A DNA stretch of 46,970 nt from Thermosynechococcaceae cyanobacterium (GTDB lineage Bacteria > Cyanobacteriota > Cyanobacteriia > Thermosynechococcales > Thermosynechococcaceae), in assembly GCA_041752855.1 (NCBI GenBank), contig JBGSVR010000334.1, positions 1 to 46,970 of the forward strand, given 5' to 3'. The number at the start of each line of letters is the position of its first letter. The stretch's first letter is position 1. This document shows positions 22,301 to 29,434 of this stretch, piece after piece. The notes under the pieces were generated by a model. It was given only the letters and a program-made list of their open reading frames with translations. It was not told the origin of the DNA and ran no database searches. The position numbers and the translations under genes were made by a program.

Positions 22301-22793
22301 TGCCCGTAATGTTACCCAGTTTGGTGTAACGGTCATTTCGAGTTGGGTAGACTGGGCAAGATTTGAAACGCGCGGTGCAACATCCCCCCGATTTGCCAGC
22401 CTCATTGCTGCCGACAGCCAAGGTAAAGATAACTCCATGCGAGATGTCTTAATGGGTGAGCTGTTGCAGTTGGGATCAGACGAACAGGTCGATCTCCTGG
22501 CTAGCCTAATTCTTGAAATTATTGCGTCGGTTCTCAAATCCGACCCCGCCAGCATTCCCGTTGAGCAGTCTATCGACCGATTTGGGGTTGATTCCCTGAT
22601 GGCGACTGAAATACAGATGCTTCTCGATAGCCAGCTTGGGCTAAACATCTCAATTATGGAGCTACTGGGCGATGCCACCATTCGCTCCCTCGCCAAACAG
22701 TCCCTGAAATCTCTGCTGAGTTCAGCCTCGACCGTGCCAACCATCTCTGGCGGAGTCAACGCTCCTGCTGGGGAAGTGGCGATCGCGGCTTAA
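16389..22793 (+). CDS. Type I polyketide synthase, KS-AT-DH-ER(degenerate)-KR-ACP, no thioesterase
   Basis: KS DTACSSS, HGTGT, KSNIGH; AT GHSVG, VPYHS; DH HVVIGLAILP, DACFQ; KR TGGFGGFG, YSAAN; ACP GVDSL. Confidence 0.95.
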   Translation: MKDQLSKSIDLHASGACPSAIAVVGMACRMPKGLESIDNLWQALKTKFSAIDTVPPERWTVDRYYSSNPNVKGKTYMHRGGFLTHDVSQFDASFFGISPRDAENMDPQQRILLEVVWEAFENSGLSLPDYAGRKVGVYAGGFMMDHMINQMGQPNRSAINQNTAAGMMMTMLSNRISHTYDLRGPSLSIDTACSSSLVAFHYACQDLWQGITEMAVVGGSNVMLRPEYPMGMSKGHFLSRDGECKSFDARADGYGRGEGAGAILLKPLAAALRDGDPILATVIGTGSNQDGHTPGISMPSGEAQQALIREVVERYSIDPREVRYVECHGTGTAIGDPTEARAIGSVYGAAREGLAPTVIGSVKSNIGHLEAAAGVAGVIKAVLTLMYRQAFPLANLQNPNPDIPFVELNLRLADDLIALGDADEDFCVAVNSFGYGGSNAHVVLRTAPVVISHDANEAPHPRQFPYFLPVSARNPKAISVLASKYATMLRDGVDISDLLYSASFKRAHLSHRAVVKGDNCEHLIAALEALSRNEENEDIVQGVEPYQGHRKPVFVFTGMGPQWWAMGQELYRDEPIYRAAVEEADAIFTEISGFSILAEMLKPEEASQITRTQFAQPSNFLIQVGVLAVLRAAGIQPGAVIGHSVGEIGSAYAAGVLTLRDALTVSYHRSHLQATCAGTGAMLAVGLGKEQAFARIAHCTDRVSIAAVNSPTTVTLAGDENDLNHLAVTLTEEGIFNRKLEVEVPYHSPMMDPILEPLAQALAGIRPTAPQIPLYSTVTGARVEGISYGADYWLLNTRQSVEFATAIATMIADGYNTFLEVGPHPVLATSLRDCIKLADKDCRTAFTLRRKTPERSALHRAIASIYTCGCDIDWATHNGNGQFIQLPNYAWQRERFWMETDRGRQDRIAPIDHPILGIQEAPAAPVWRTDLDHEPLVYLRDHVVIGLAILPAAAYIESLLELGRVQFEDAGAIVIRNLKIFAPMIITADRGLDSVTTFEPSTGSATIRGLENGKLGSGQVHITAKIAGLESFEPCQLNLALLFQEFCQPQDVSEFYKSLAQIDLTYGPAFQTIRQLFVNRSEGRVLSRIEMQPELTDNLSLYCIHPTVLDACFQSLMAMLADSDTTYLPTGFGEMCVYAHQLPANIWCLAEIIEQNDRYIDCNLNILDDEGNILATIRGMRSTAAAKKERTDRFGDRVKRQILAYEWAYGETLNEAKRLGYWLVVGTDHSATQDTIRQLENYGAIGVFSVAVGDTFCEKDGQIIAVRHGSVEDAQAVLSRYGELDGIAFMHGLAANTETDPTGERAVSTAIAFTQAAIQQQYEVCPRIYVVTQSAFAVNENETSIQPSQTALNGFTRVAFNELEGFRCSTIDLPARINEDIIDNLALELLCDDRHDEVALRGSLRLVSELLDSTMLTQDRVTYQHLDDAHPVLVRPLRADCESVGMTRILADTPATIGADEIQLRVEATIMPPNLRLEPSSDAIHQPVIEVVGEVIAVGDHVTDLAPGTRVCGFAPADLASHLSGERSQFYLVPIDANADATALVSTIGAVTRAESAIAALDLMVGDTALVYGDALGIIVAEALQRKGITVTLLCSQPDSLDPRLAEKYPIFSICPEAIHRAVTAQTNGAGFTLLVAPMQQWTQSFDLGMLRTGGYAIDTDDVASPVCITQQTVARTDMTVLLQRPHRLQETLRTVIHGIVNGTIAPLPALEVSIADIAWQKLGISDTNSTLVLTYETGGRDLPVVEQDQMQFKADATYLITGGFGGFGQKTAEWLVQNGARHLVLTGRTGADTAERKAIVQSLEAMGATIKSAACDTADYGRLSELFAEIDRELPPLKGVFHSGALIIDQPIAEIDMDTFCTVMQSKALGGWNLHLLTQSLNLDHFVLYSSIANLVGNGRQAVYSAANGFLNGLAYFRKAQGLPATSVNWGAIADVGVVAQDEKLEEFLRYTGLRGINSAEALDVLKVGLARNVTQFGVTVISSWVDWARFETRGATSPRFASLIAADSQGKDNSMRDVLMGELLQLGSDEQVDLLASLILEIIASVLKSDPASIPVEQSIDRFGVDSLMATEIQMLLDSQLGLNISIMELLGDATIRSLAKQSLKSLLSSASTVPTISGGVNAPAGEVAIAA

Positions 22794-22825
22794 AAGCAAT
22801 TTCCTGAATCTACCCATTGACACCC

Positions 22826-24175
22826 ATGACCTCCCAAACCCCATTAGAACGGCTCAAACAGCAGATGAATCTGGGTGCCGCTGCGCAATCTAATACCGCG
22901 CAGTCTAGCGCCACCCTTGAAACCCCTCGGCGATCCATCCCAGTACAGCCAGATTTCCATGACTTCTCGCTCTTTCCTGAGTACAAAGAGTTCGCCACAA
23001 TGGAGTGGTTTTATGAGAAGCAAAAGTACACCAAAAACCTATTTCGCAAGCATGTGGGCGCATCAGATGCAACCGTCGAGATCGACGGGCAGACTCTCAT
23101 CAACTTCTCTAGCTACAACTACTTAGCTCTCGCCAATGACCCTCGAGTCAAAGCAGCGGCAAAACAGGCCATCGACGGTTTTGGAACCAGCACAGGATCG
23201 GGGCGATCGATTACGGGCGAAGTTGATATTCATCAAGCCTTTGAGCGAGAAATTTCTGAGGTTTTAGGCACCGAAGATGCGGTGGTGTCTGTGGGTGGCT
23301 ACAGCACTAATGCGTTTGCGATCGGCTATCTCTGCCGTCCCCAAGACCTGATTATCTACGATGAGTTAATCCACAACTCGGCGCTGTCCGGCTGTAAACT
23401 CGCTGGTTCTCGTCGCTTCAGCTTTCCTCACAATGACTATGCCGCGCTGGATAGATTACTTGCCGAACACCGCACCAAATATGAGCGCGTGCTGATTTTG
23501 GTGGAAGGCGTGTACAGCATGGATGGCGATATCCCCGATCTGCCTCGGCTGATTGAGATTAAAAATCGCCATAAGGCGCTCTTGATGGTTGATGAAGCGC
23601 ACTCAATGGGCATTATTGGGCCAAACGGCCTAGGTATTACCGATTATTTTAAAATTTCCGGTTCAGAGATTGATATTCTCTACGGCTCTATGAGTAAAGC
23701 CTTTGGCACCTGCGGCGGATATGTGGCAGGTTCTAAGCCGCTTATTGCCATCTTAAAAAACTATGCCCCTGGTGTACTGCTCTATGGCGCTGCACCCACG
23801 CCAGCCAACACCGCAGCAGGCTTAGAAACCCTACGAATGATGCGGGAGAAACCAGAACTCGCCCGACGCGTGCAGGAGAATGCGGCCTATTTTATTGAAA
23901 AAGCAAAAGCGGCTGGCTTGGATACTTACAACAGCAAAGATTCTGGCGTAGTGCCCATCATGATGCGAGATTCTGAACTGGCTCTGTGGATGTCGGTCAC
24001 GCTGTTTGATCGCAATATCTGTACCTACCCCATGCTTTATCCCATTGTCCCCCGCGACAAATCTCGGCTGCGTTTTTTTATCAATACCAATCACACCCAG
24101 GCACAACTTGACTACACCATCAACTGTCTGGTCGAAGCCCTCTCCGTTGCGCCTAAGTCTAAAGGTGTGATGTAG
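22826..24175 (+). CDS. PLP-dependent alpha-oxoamine synthase (AONS / serine palmitoyltransferase-like)
   Basis: NFSSYNYLAL, DELIHNS, EGVYSMDGD, DEAHSMG and GSMSKAFG (PLP lysine); start could be TTG 22817. Confidence 0.92.
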   Translation: MTSQTPLERLKQQMNLGAAAQSNTAQSSATLETPRRSIPVQPDFHDFSLFPEYKEFATMEWFYEKQKYTKNLFRKHVGASDATVEIDGQTLINFSSYNYLALANDPRVKAAAKQAIDGFGTSTGSGRSITGEVDIHQAFEREISEVLGTEDAVVSVGGYSTNAFAIGYLCRPQDLIIYDELIHNSALSGCKLAGSRRFSFPHNDYAALDRLLAEHRTKYERVLILVEGVYSMDGDIPDLPRLIEIKNRHKALLMVDEAHSMGIIGPNGLGITDYFKISGSEIDILYGSMSKAFGTCGGYVAGSKPLIAILKNYAPGVLLYGAAPTPANTAAGLETLRMMREKPELARRVQENAAYFIEKAKAAGLDTYNSKDSGVVPIMMRDSELALWMSVTLFDRNICTYPMLYPIVPRDKSRLRFFINTNHTQAQLDYTINCLVEALSVAPKSKGVM

Positions 24176-24179
24176 CCCC

Positions 24180-25160
24180 ATGAAGCAGATTCAGTTTCAT
24201 ACCTTCGGTCAGCCCAGTATGGTCGCTCGCTGTATAGATGTGCCAGATGTAGGTTCGCCATCCGCTTGGGAAGTTGTGGTGGATATTGAGGCATTCCCGA
24301 TTAACGTCGCCGACTTAGCCATGTTATCTGGCAGTTACGGCACCCTACCCAAGCTCCCCGCCACAATCGGCATGGAGGCCGTGGGACGAGTGGTTGAATG
24401 CGGCTCGGCTGTGAAAACGCTTAGTATTGGCGATCGCGTGGTTCTTCTGGGTAACAACAACTGGGCAGAACGACGCAAAGTTCCCATCGCCGCTGTCCAT
24501 AAGGTAGATGGCGAAGGCGATGCAGCCCAGCTTGCCATGTTAAAGGTGAATCCTGCGACGGCCTATCTGCTGCTCAATGATTTTGCCAAGCTGGAGGCAG
24601 GGGACTGGGTAATGCAAACTGCACCCCTGTCTAGTGTGGGGCAGTGTGTTATCCAAATCGCTAAGGCAAAAGGCTTAAAAACCTTAAATGTTGTGCATCG
24701 TAGCGACCTTGAGGCAGAAGTCATCGCCCGTGGTGGAGATGTGGTGGTTGAAGCGGGTGCTGATCTTGCTGATCGGGTACGCACTGCGATCGGGCACGAT
24801 TCGATTAAGTTGGCGCTCGATGCCGTGGCGGGTTCTGGTGTACAGCAACTTGCTGAGGCTTTAAGCGAAGGGGGCCAAATTATTAACTACGGCATGTTGT
24901 CTAACGGCATCTGCACAATTAGCCCTGACCAAACTATTTTTAGAGGCATCACGCTTAAAGGGTTTTGGCTCTCAAAAATTCTGAATCGCATGTCTCAGGG
25001 CGATCGCACCCACTTGTTTGACACCCTCAGCGAACTGATGGCTAAGGGCAACCTCAAAATAGATGTCGATGCCTGTTTTGCCATATCTGACATTAACCAA
25101 GCGCTGCGCCGTGCGGAGGAACGAGGCCGTAAAGGAAAAGTGATTGTGTTGACTCACTAG
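24180..25160 (+). CDS. MDR-family 2-enoyl-thioester reductase (MECR/Etr1-like)
   Basis: PINVADL, GSYG, KVNPATAY, SSVGQ, GFWL and GKV; no Zn-binding Cys cluster. Confidence 0.85.
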   Translation: MKQIQFHTFGQPSMVARCIDVPDVGSPSAWEVVVDIEAFPINVADLAMLSGSYGTLPKLPATIGMEAVGRVVECGSAVKTLSIGDRVVLLGNNNWAERRKVPIAAVHKVDGEGDAAQLAMLKVNPATAYLLLNDFAKLEAGDWVMQTAPLSSVGQCVIQIAKAKGLKTLNVVHRSDLEAEVIARGGDVVVEAGADLADRVRTAIGHDSIKLALDAVAGSGVQQLAEALSEGGQIINYGMLSNGICTISPDQTIFRGITLKGFWLSKILNRMSQGDRTHLFDTLSELMAKGNLKIDVDACFAISDINQALRRAEERGRKGKVIVLTH

Positions 25161-25196
25161 CCGTCAGTAATCAGATAACTTAATCGGAGCCTGTCT

Positions 25197-26330
25197 ATGA
25201 ATGCTGTAGCACAACTCCAAAAACTCAAACCAGATCTATCTCAGGCTGATATTTATTCAGATAGAGTTTGTTCGCTATTTGACGAGACACCCCATGCGGG
25301 TGAAGCCATTGCGATCGCCGATGGCATTTGGCTCTTAAGACTGCCACTAGACTCCGTTTTAGACCATATTAATGTCTATGTATTAGCAGACGAAACAGGC
25401 TGGACTCTAGTAGATACGGGCAATAACACACCTGCCTGCCATACAGCGTTACAGGCCGCTTTTAAGTACAGCCTGTTTGCTCACCGACCTATTACGCGCG
25501 TTATTGCCACCCACTATCACCCTGATCATATTGGGTTAGCGGGGCTACTGTGCGATCGCGGGGCGTCTTTTCAAACAACCCAAGCTTGTTGGCTCCATGC
25601 CCGTTGGCTCCAGCTAGAGCAGCGCGATCTGCCCTGCGCCCAAGACATTAGCTTCGTTGAGCGGGTGGGCATAAAAGGCGTAGAACTCGCTGCCTTTTGC
25701 AGACGGGCACCGAGCAACTATAGCGACTTAGTGCTGCCCATTCCCTACGCCTACCAGCGCCTTCGAGAAGGCGATCGCCTTAAAATCGGGAGCCGCTACT
25801 GGACCGTTCATCTGGGGTATGGGCACGCTGCCGAACACGCGACCTTATGGTCAGAAGATGGGTTTGTAATTACAGGAGATCAGATTTTGCCAGGGATGTC
25901 TTCTAACCTAAGCGTCCATCCCAGCGAACCGGACGCAGATTTAGTATCGGAATGGGTAGAAAGCTGCTGGCGTTTTGCCAAATTAGCCCAAAGCGAAACT
26001 GTGTGCCTACCTGGGCATAACCTACCTTTTACAGGCCTAGAGACTCGCTGTAAACAAATGATTGCCAGCCAAGAAGCTGTGTTAAATCGGCTATTGGCAC
26101 ATTTAAGCAGACCCTGTACTGCCATTGACTGCCTAGATGCGGTCTATCGGCGGCAGCTACAGCCCCATGAGCGGGGCACAATGATTGCCGAAACCTTGGG
26201 CTATCTCAATCACCTTCATCAGCGCGGTATGGTCAAGCGCGAGCTAGCGGATGATCGAGCCTATCTTTGGTACCGTGCGAATTCACGCGATCAAGAGGTT
26301 CGAGTCCGCTTTAACGATCCAGAACTTTAA
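25197..26330 (+). CDS. Metallo-beta-lactamase-fold hydrolase
   Basis: LVDTG, THYHPDH (HxHxDH), GHAAEH, TGDQIL and PGH. Confidence 0.9.
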   Translation: MNAVAQLQKLKPDLSQADIYSDRVCSLFDETPHAGEAIAIADGIWLLRLPLDSVLDHINVYVLADETGWTLVDTGNNTPACHTALQAAFKYSLFAHRPITRVIATHYHPDHIGLAGLLCDRGASFQTTQACWLHARWLQLEQRDLPCAQDISFVERVGIKGVELAAFCRRAPSNYSDLVLPIPYAYQRLREGDRLKIGSRYWTVHLGYGHAAEHATLWSEDGFVITGDQILPGMSSNLSVHPSEPDADLVSEWVESCWRFAKLAQSETVCLPGHNLPFTGLETRCKQMIASQEAVLNRLLAHLSRPCTAIDCLDAVYRRQLQPHERGTMIAETLGYLNHLHQRGMVKRELADDRAYLWYRANSRDQEVRVRFNDPEL

Positions 26331-26361
26331 TCACGCTCAATATTCTTTTTTAGGAAACAGC

Positions 26362-27945
26362 ATGGTGGTGAGTAGTGACAAGAAACAGTTCGATGTAATC
26401 GTGATTGGCTCTGGGATTGGTGGTTTAACCACTGCCGCAATTTTAGCTAAGTTCTACCGCAAGAAAGTGCTTGTTCTAGAGCAACATTTTACCCCAGGTG
26501 GCTTTACCCACGGCTTTGAGCGCAAGGGAAAATTTCACTGGGATGTGGGGCTACATTATGTTGGTGAAATGGGCAAAGGGCAGATGGGCAGAGCAATATT
26601 TGACTATCTCTGCAATGGCAAGCTCCAGTGGCAAAAGATGCCCGATCTCATAGAGAAATTTGTCTATCCAGACTTTACTTTTGATGTTTATTCAGACCCT
26701 AAACAATACCAGGCTGATTTAGTTGCAAAATTCCCCCACGAGCAAAAAGCCATTCAGCGATATTTTAAAGATGTCCAGACAGCAGCAACTTGGTTTATTG
26801 CCAATTCTTTTATTGAGCTATTCCCCGTCTGGCTTCAGCCGATGGTTAAGTCAGGGGTGCGGTATTTTGGTGCGATCGCCAGACAGACCACTCAGCAGTA
26901 TCTAGATCAGCACTTTCAGGATCCTCAACTTAAGGCAGTTCTGGCTTCCCAGTGGGGAGACTACGGATTGCCCCCTTCCCAAAGCAGCTTTGGAGTGCAT
27001 AGCAATATTGTGACTCACTTTTTTGAAGGCGGATGGCATCCCATAGGTGGTGGGCAGGCGATCGCCCAAACCATTATTCCCACCATCGAAGATAGTGGTG
27101 GTCAGGTCATAACCCAACGCCGTGTTACTGAAATAATGATCGAAAACGGTGTCGCAGTAGGAGTGAGAGTGCAGCGTGCTGCACATCCGGCAGAAGACTT
27201 AGAAATTTACCATGCACCAGTTGTAATATCCGATGCTGGAGCCTTTAACACTTACATAAAACTCATTCCGCCCAGCTATCCACTGCCCTATCGAGAATCT
27301 ATTCAGCAGTTTCCCAAAGGGTCTTGTGTCGTAACAGTCTATCTAGGCTTAAAAGAAGATCCTCAACAGCTCAGCTTTCAGGGTGAAAATCACTGGATTT
27401 ATACAACCTATAATCACGAAGAAATTGATCAGCCTGATGCGATAGCTTCAATTGAATCGCCTAAATTTGCATATCTCTCCTTTCCATCTCTTAAAAATCC
27501 ATTAGCGAAGGGACATACTGCTGAGATTATTGGGAGTATTGACTACAGCCTGTTCTCGCAGTGGCAGGCACAGCATTGGCGAAAACGTGATGCGGACTAT
27601 GCCGTACTAAAATCCCAAATAACCCAATCACTCATCACTTTAGTAGAGCGATATTACCCTGGTTTTCAAAATTTAATCGAATATGTTGAACTCTCTACGC
27701 CACTAACGGTAGAACACTTTGATGGAAGCGATCGCGGCGCGATCTACGGCATTCCCTGTACGCCCGCACGTCTAGACCTGCCTTGGGTCGCCTCGAAAAC
27801 GCCTATCAAAAACCTATATCTAACAGGAACAGACGCCTTTTCACCTGGCATTATGGGCGCAATGATGGGCGGTGTTAAAACAGCCGGAATTGTGGATGGA
27901 GCCTTTGGCTTTTTAAGGATTATGGCAACTGTGATGATGAAGTAA
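26362..27945 (+). CDS. FAD-dependent oxidoreductase, phytoene desaturase / retinol saturase-like
   Basis: VIGSGIGG, VLEQH..PGG and WDVGLHYVG; C-terminal STPLT and NLYLTG; AGGA before ATG 26362. Confidence 0.88.
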   Translation: MVVSSDKKQFDVIVIGSGIGGLTTAAILAKFYRKKVLVLEQHFTPGGFTHGFERKGKFHWDVGLHYVGEMGKGQMGRAIFDYLCNGKLQWQKMPDLIEKFVYPDFTFDVYSDPKQYQADLVAKFPHEQKAIQRYFKDVQTAATWFIANSFIELFPVWLQPMVKSGVRYFGAIARQTTQQYLDQHFQDPQLKAVLASQWGDYGLPPSQSSFGVHSNIVTHFFEGGWHPIGGGQAIAQTIIPTIEDSGGQVITQRRVTEIMIENGVAVGVRVQRAAHPAEDLEIYHAPVVISDAGAFNTYIKLIPPSYPLPYRESIQQFPKGSCVVTVYLGLKEDPQQLSFQGENHWIYTTYNHEEIDQPDAIASIESPKFAYLSFPSLKNPLAKGHTAEIIGSIDYSLFSQWQAQHWRKRDADYAVLKSQITQSLITLVERYYPGFQNLIEYVELSTPLTVEHFDGSDRGAIYGIPCTPARLDLPWVASKTPIKNLYLTGTDAFSPGIMGAMMGGVKTAGIVDGAFGFLRIMATVMMK

Positions 27946-27968
27946 GCTGCCACATCTCTTGCATCAGA

Positions 27969-28637
27969 TTATGGCTTTGCCGCTTTGCTAATTTCCCAAA
28001 CGCAAGCAGGTGCGCCCATTGCTCGGCACTCAACTTGATCAATCTCGAATTCCTTACCCGTTAGCCATGCTAACGATTCTTCTAGTGTGCCTACCCAACT
28101 CCAACAAATCGGAGCAGTCGCTTGTTTGCCAGCACATACGGCGCAGCTTTCGTCAATGTATGCCCATTTAGTCCCCCGATCTTCAACTTTTACGCCAGGT
28201 GGATAGCCATCGGCTTTATATATTTTGTTCAAATCACTTTGAATACTGTCTAGAACGGTTTTAATTTGCGATGAGAGGGGTAAAAATTTGATTGCAGTTC
28301 GAGATGCAAAATTAAAGAGTTTCCCCTGCTTTTCAAGTGCGGGCTTAGTTGAAATTCGCCCAATTTGAATCGACCTAGTTTTTCCATTCGGCTCAAAAGA
28401 CTGCATCAATCCGGTGCATAGATTGGCATAGTCTCCGATAGTAATATTTTTGCTCAACTTAAGGTCAGCGGGTGGGTATTGACCGATAAGTCTTTCTAGA
28501 CCGTTTTCACGCAAGCAATGCGCTAAAGCTTGATTCCCCATCTCTTCTTCGGCTGCCATCAGCGCCCAACGCATATAAGCCTCAACCATGGGCAGTTCTG
28601 TAACAGAGTCATGCTGCGCTTTATTTTTGATTTCCAT
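27969..28637 (-). CDS. V4R (4-vinyl reductase) domain small-molecule-binding protein
   Basis: SCAVC...PIC....G.LEE.L.W.TG and ECRAMGAPACVWEI. Confidence 0.82.
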   Translation of the reverse strand: MEIKNKAQHDSVTELPMVEAYMRWALMAAEEEMGNQALAHCLRENGLERLIGQYPPADLKLSKNITIGDYANLCTGLMQSFEPNGKTRSIQIGRISTKPALEKQGKLFNFASRTAIKFLPLSSQIKTVLDSIQSDLNKIYKADGYPPGVKVEDRGTKWAYIDESCAVCAGKQATAPICWSWVGTLEESLAWLTGKEFEIDQVECRAMGAPACVWEISKAAKP

Positions 28638-28644
28638 GATGACT

Positions 28645-29211
28645 TTATGAGAGGTGAATAGGTTTTATCAGCGTTGTTGGTTTTGTCTTGATTGCCGTCA
28701 GAACTTCGTCGCACCAGTCAATCCATTCAGATTCGTAGCGAATCCCTCGACGCAGAGTCAAGTAACGAAAAATGAGATGTTCTTCCGGATTTTCCACTTC
28801 TAGAAAAGCATTCTCTTTTTCTCGGTAGCAGTTTAGCTGAGCTTGATGAAGCGATCGCCGATCTGTGAGCTGTTGAATCAGCACCGACCGTGAAATGTAA
28901 GATCCGGCAAGAACTTTTACCAGCAAATCTTCGCGGGTAGGGGTGGGAATACAAGGTAACTCAAACCAATGCTCAAGCTCGTTTCGACCAGTTTCGGTAA
29001 TGCGATACAGCTTTTTGTCGGGCTTTCCCTGCTGGGCGATCGCCTCAGCCTCAATCCATCCAATGCCTTCCATTTTTGAAAGCTCACGGTAGATCTGCTG
29101 GTGACTCGCTTTCCAGAAACAGCTCACCGCATCTTCAAAACGTTTGCCAAGATCGTAACCACTGTGGGCACACTCAGACAGGAAGGTAAGAATAGTGTGG
29201 GAAAGCGCCAT
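28645..29211 (-). CDS. PadR family transcriptional regulator (AphA-like C-terminal domain)
   Basis: SGYDLGKRF, FWKASHQQIYREL, PDKKLYRITETGR and LTLRRGIRYE..W..WC. Confidence 0.93.
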   Translation of the reverse strand: MALSHTILTFLSECAHSGYDLGKRFEDAVSCFWKASHQQIYRELSKMEGIGWIEAEAIAQQGKPDKKLYRITETGRNELEHWFELPCIPTPTREDLLVKVLAGSYISRSVLIQQLTDRRSLHQAQLNCYREKENAFLEVENPEEHLIFRYLTLRRGIRYESEWIDWCDEVLTAIKTKPTTLIKPIHLS

Positions 29212-29228
29212 TTAATTCAATTCTTTAA

Positions 29229-29297
29229 TTGACATAGTCAACAAGTTGAGTATAAACTACAAATGCTATACACAACAAATTGTATAGCAACAAGTTG
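29229..29297 (+). promoter_or_regulatory. Sigma70-like promoter for devBCA overlapped by three probable PadR operator cores
   Basis: TTGACA(29229)-16 nt-TATAAA(29251); CAACAAGTTG at 29239 and 29288, CAACAAATTG at 29273. Confidence 0.65.
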
Positions 29298-29434
29298 TAT
29301 ATATCTCAATTAAGTCATATCAGTTGTAATTGCGCAACCCAAGCTTGCGAGGACTAATTCGGCTTTCTGATGTCGCTGAATTAGTCCGTTTGGAAGTTTT
29401 CGTTGCGAATGCTATGCACCTTGAGGAGCCGTCA

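Noticed and set aside
16389-22793. Heterocyst glycolipid/PUFA synthase, olefin synthase (Ols) or SxtA
   Set aside because: Single ACP, no chain-length-factor partner, no FAAL/sulfotransferase/TE, and no MT-GNAT-ACP-AONS fusion
22826-24175. Housekeeping biotin gene bioF
   Set aside because: Embedded in the PKS operon, carries a long N-terminal extension and has no bio genes nearby; not formally excluded without a phylogeny
26251-26361. Longer start for the FAD oxidoreductase
   Set aside because: It overlaps the MBL gene; ATG 26362 has a ribosome-binding site and sits just before the Rossmann motif
26362-27945. Carotenoid gene crtI/crtH/crtO
   Set aside because: Only family-level motifs are visible and there is no carotenoid context, so no symbol was assigned
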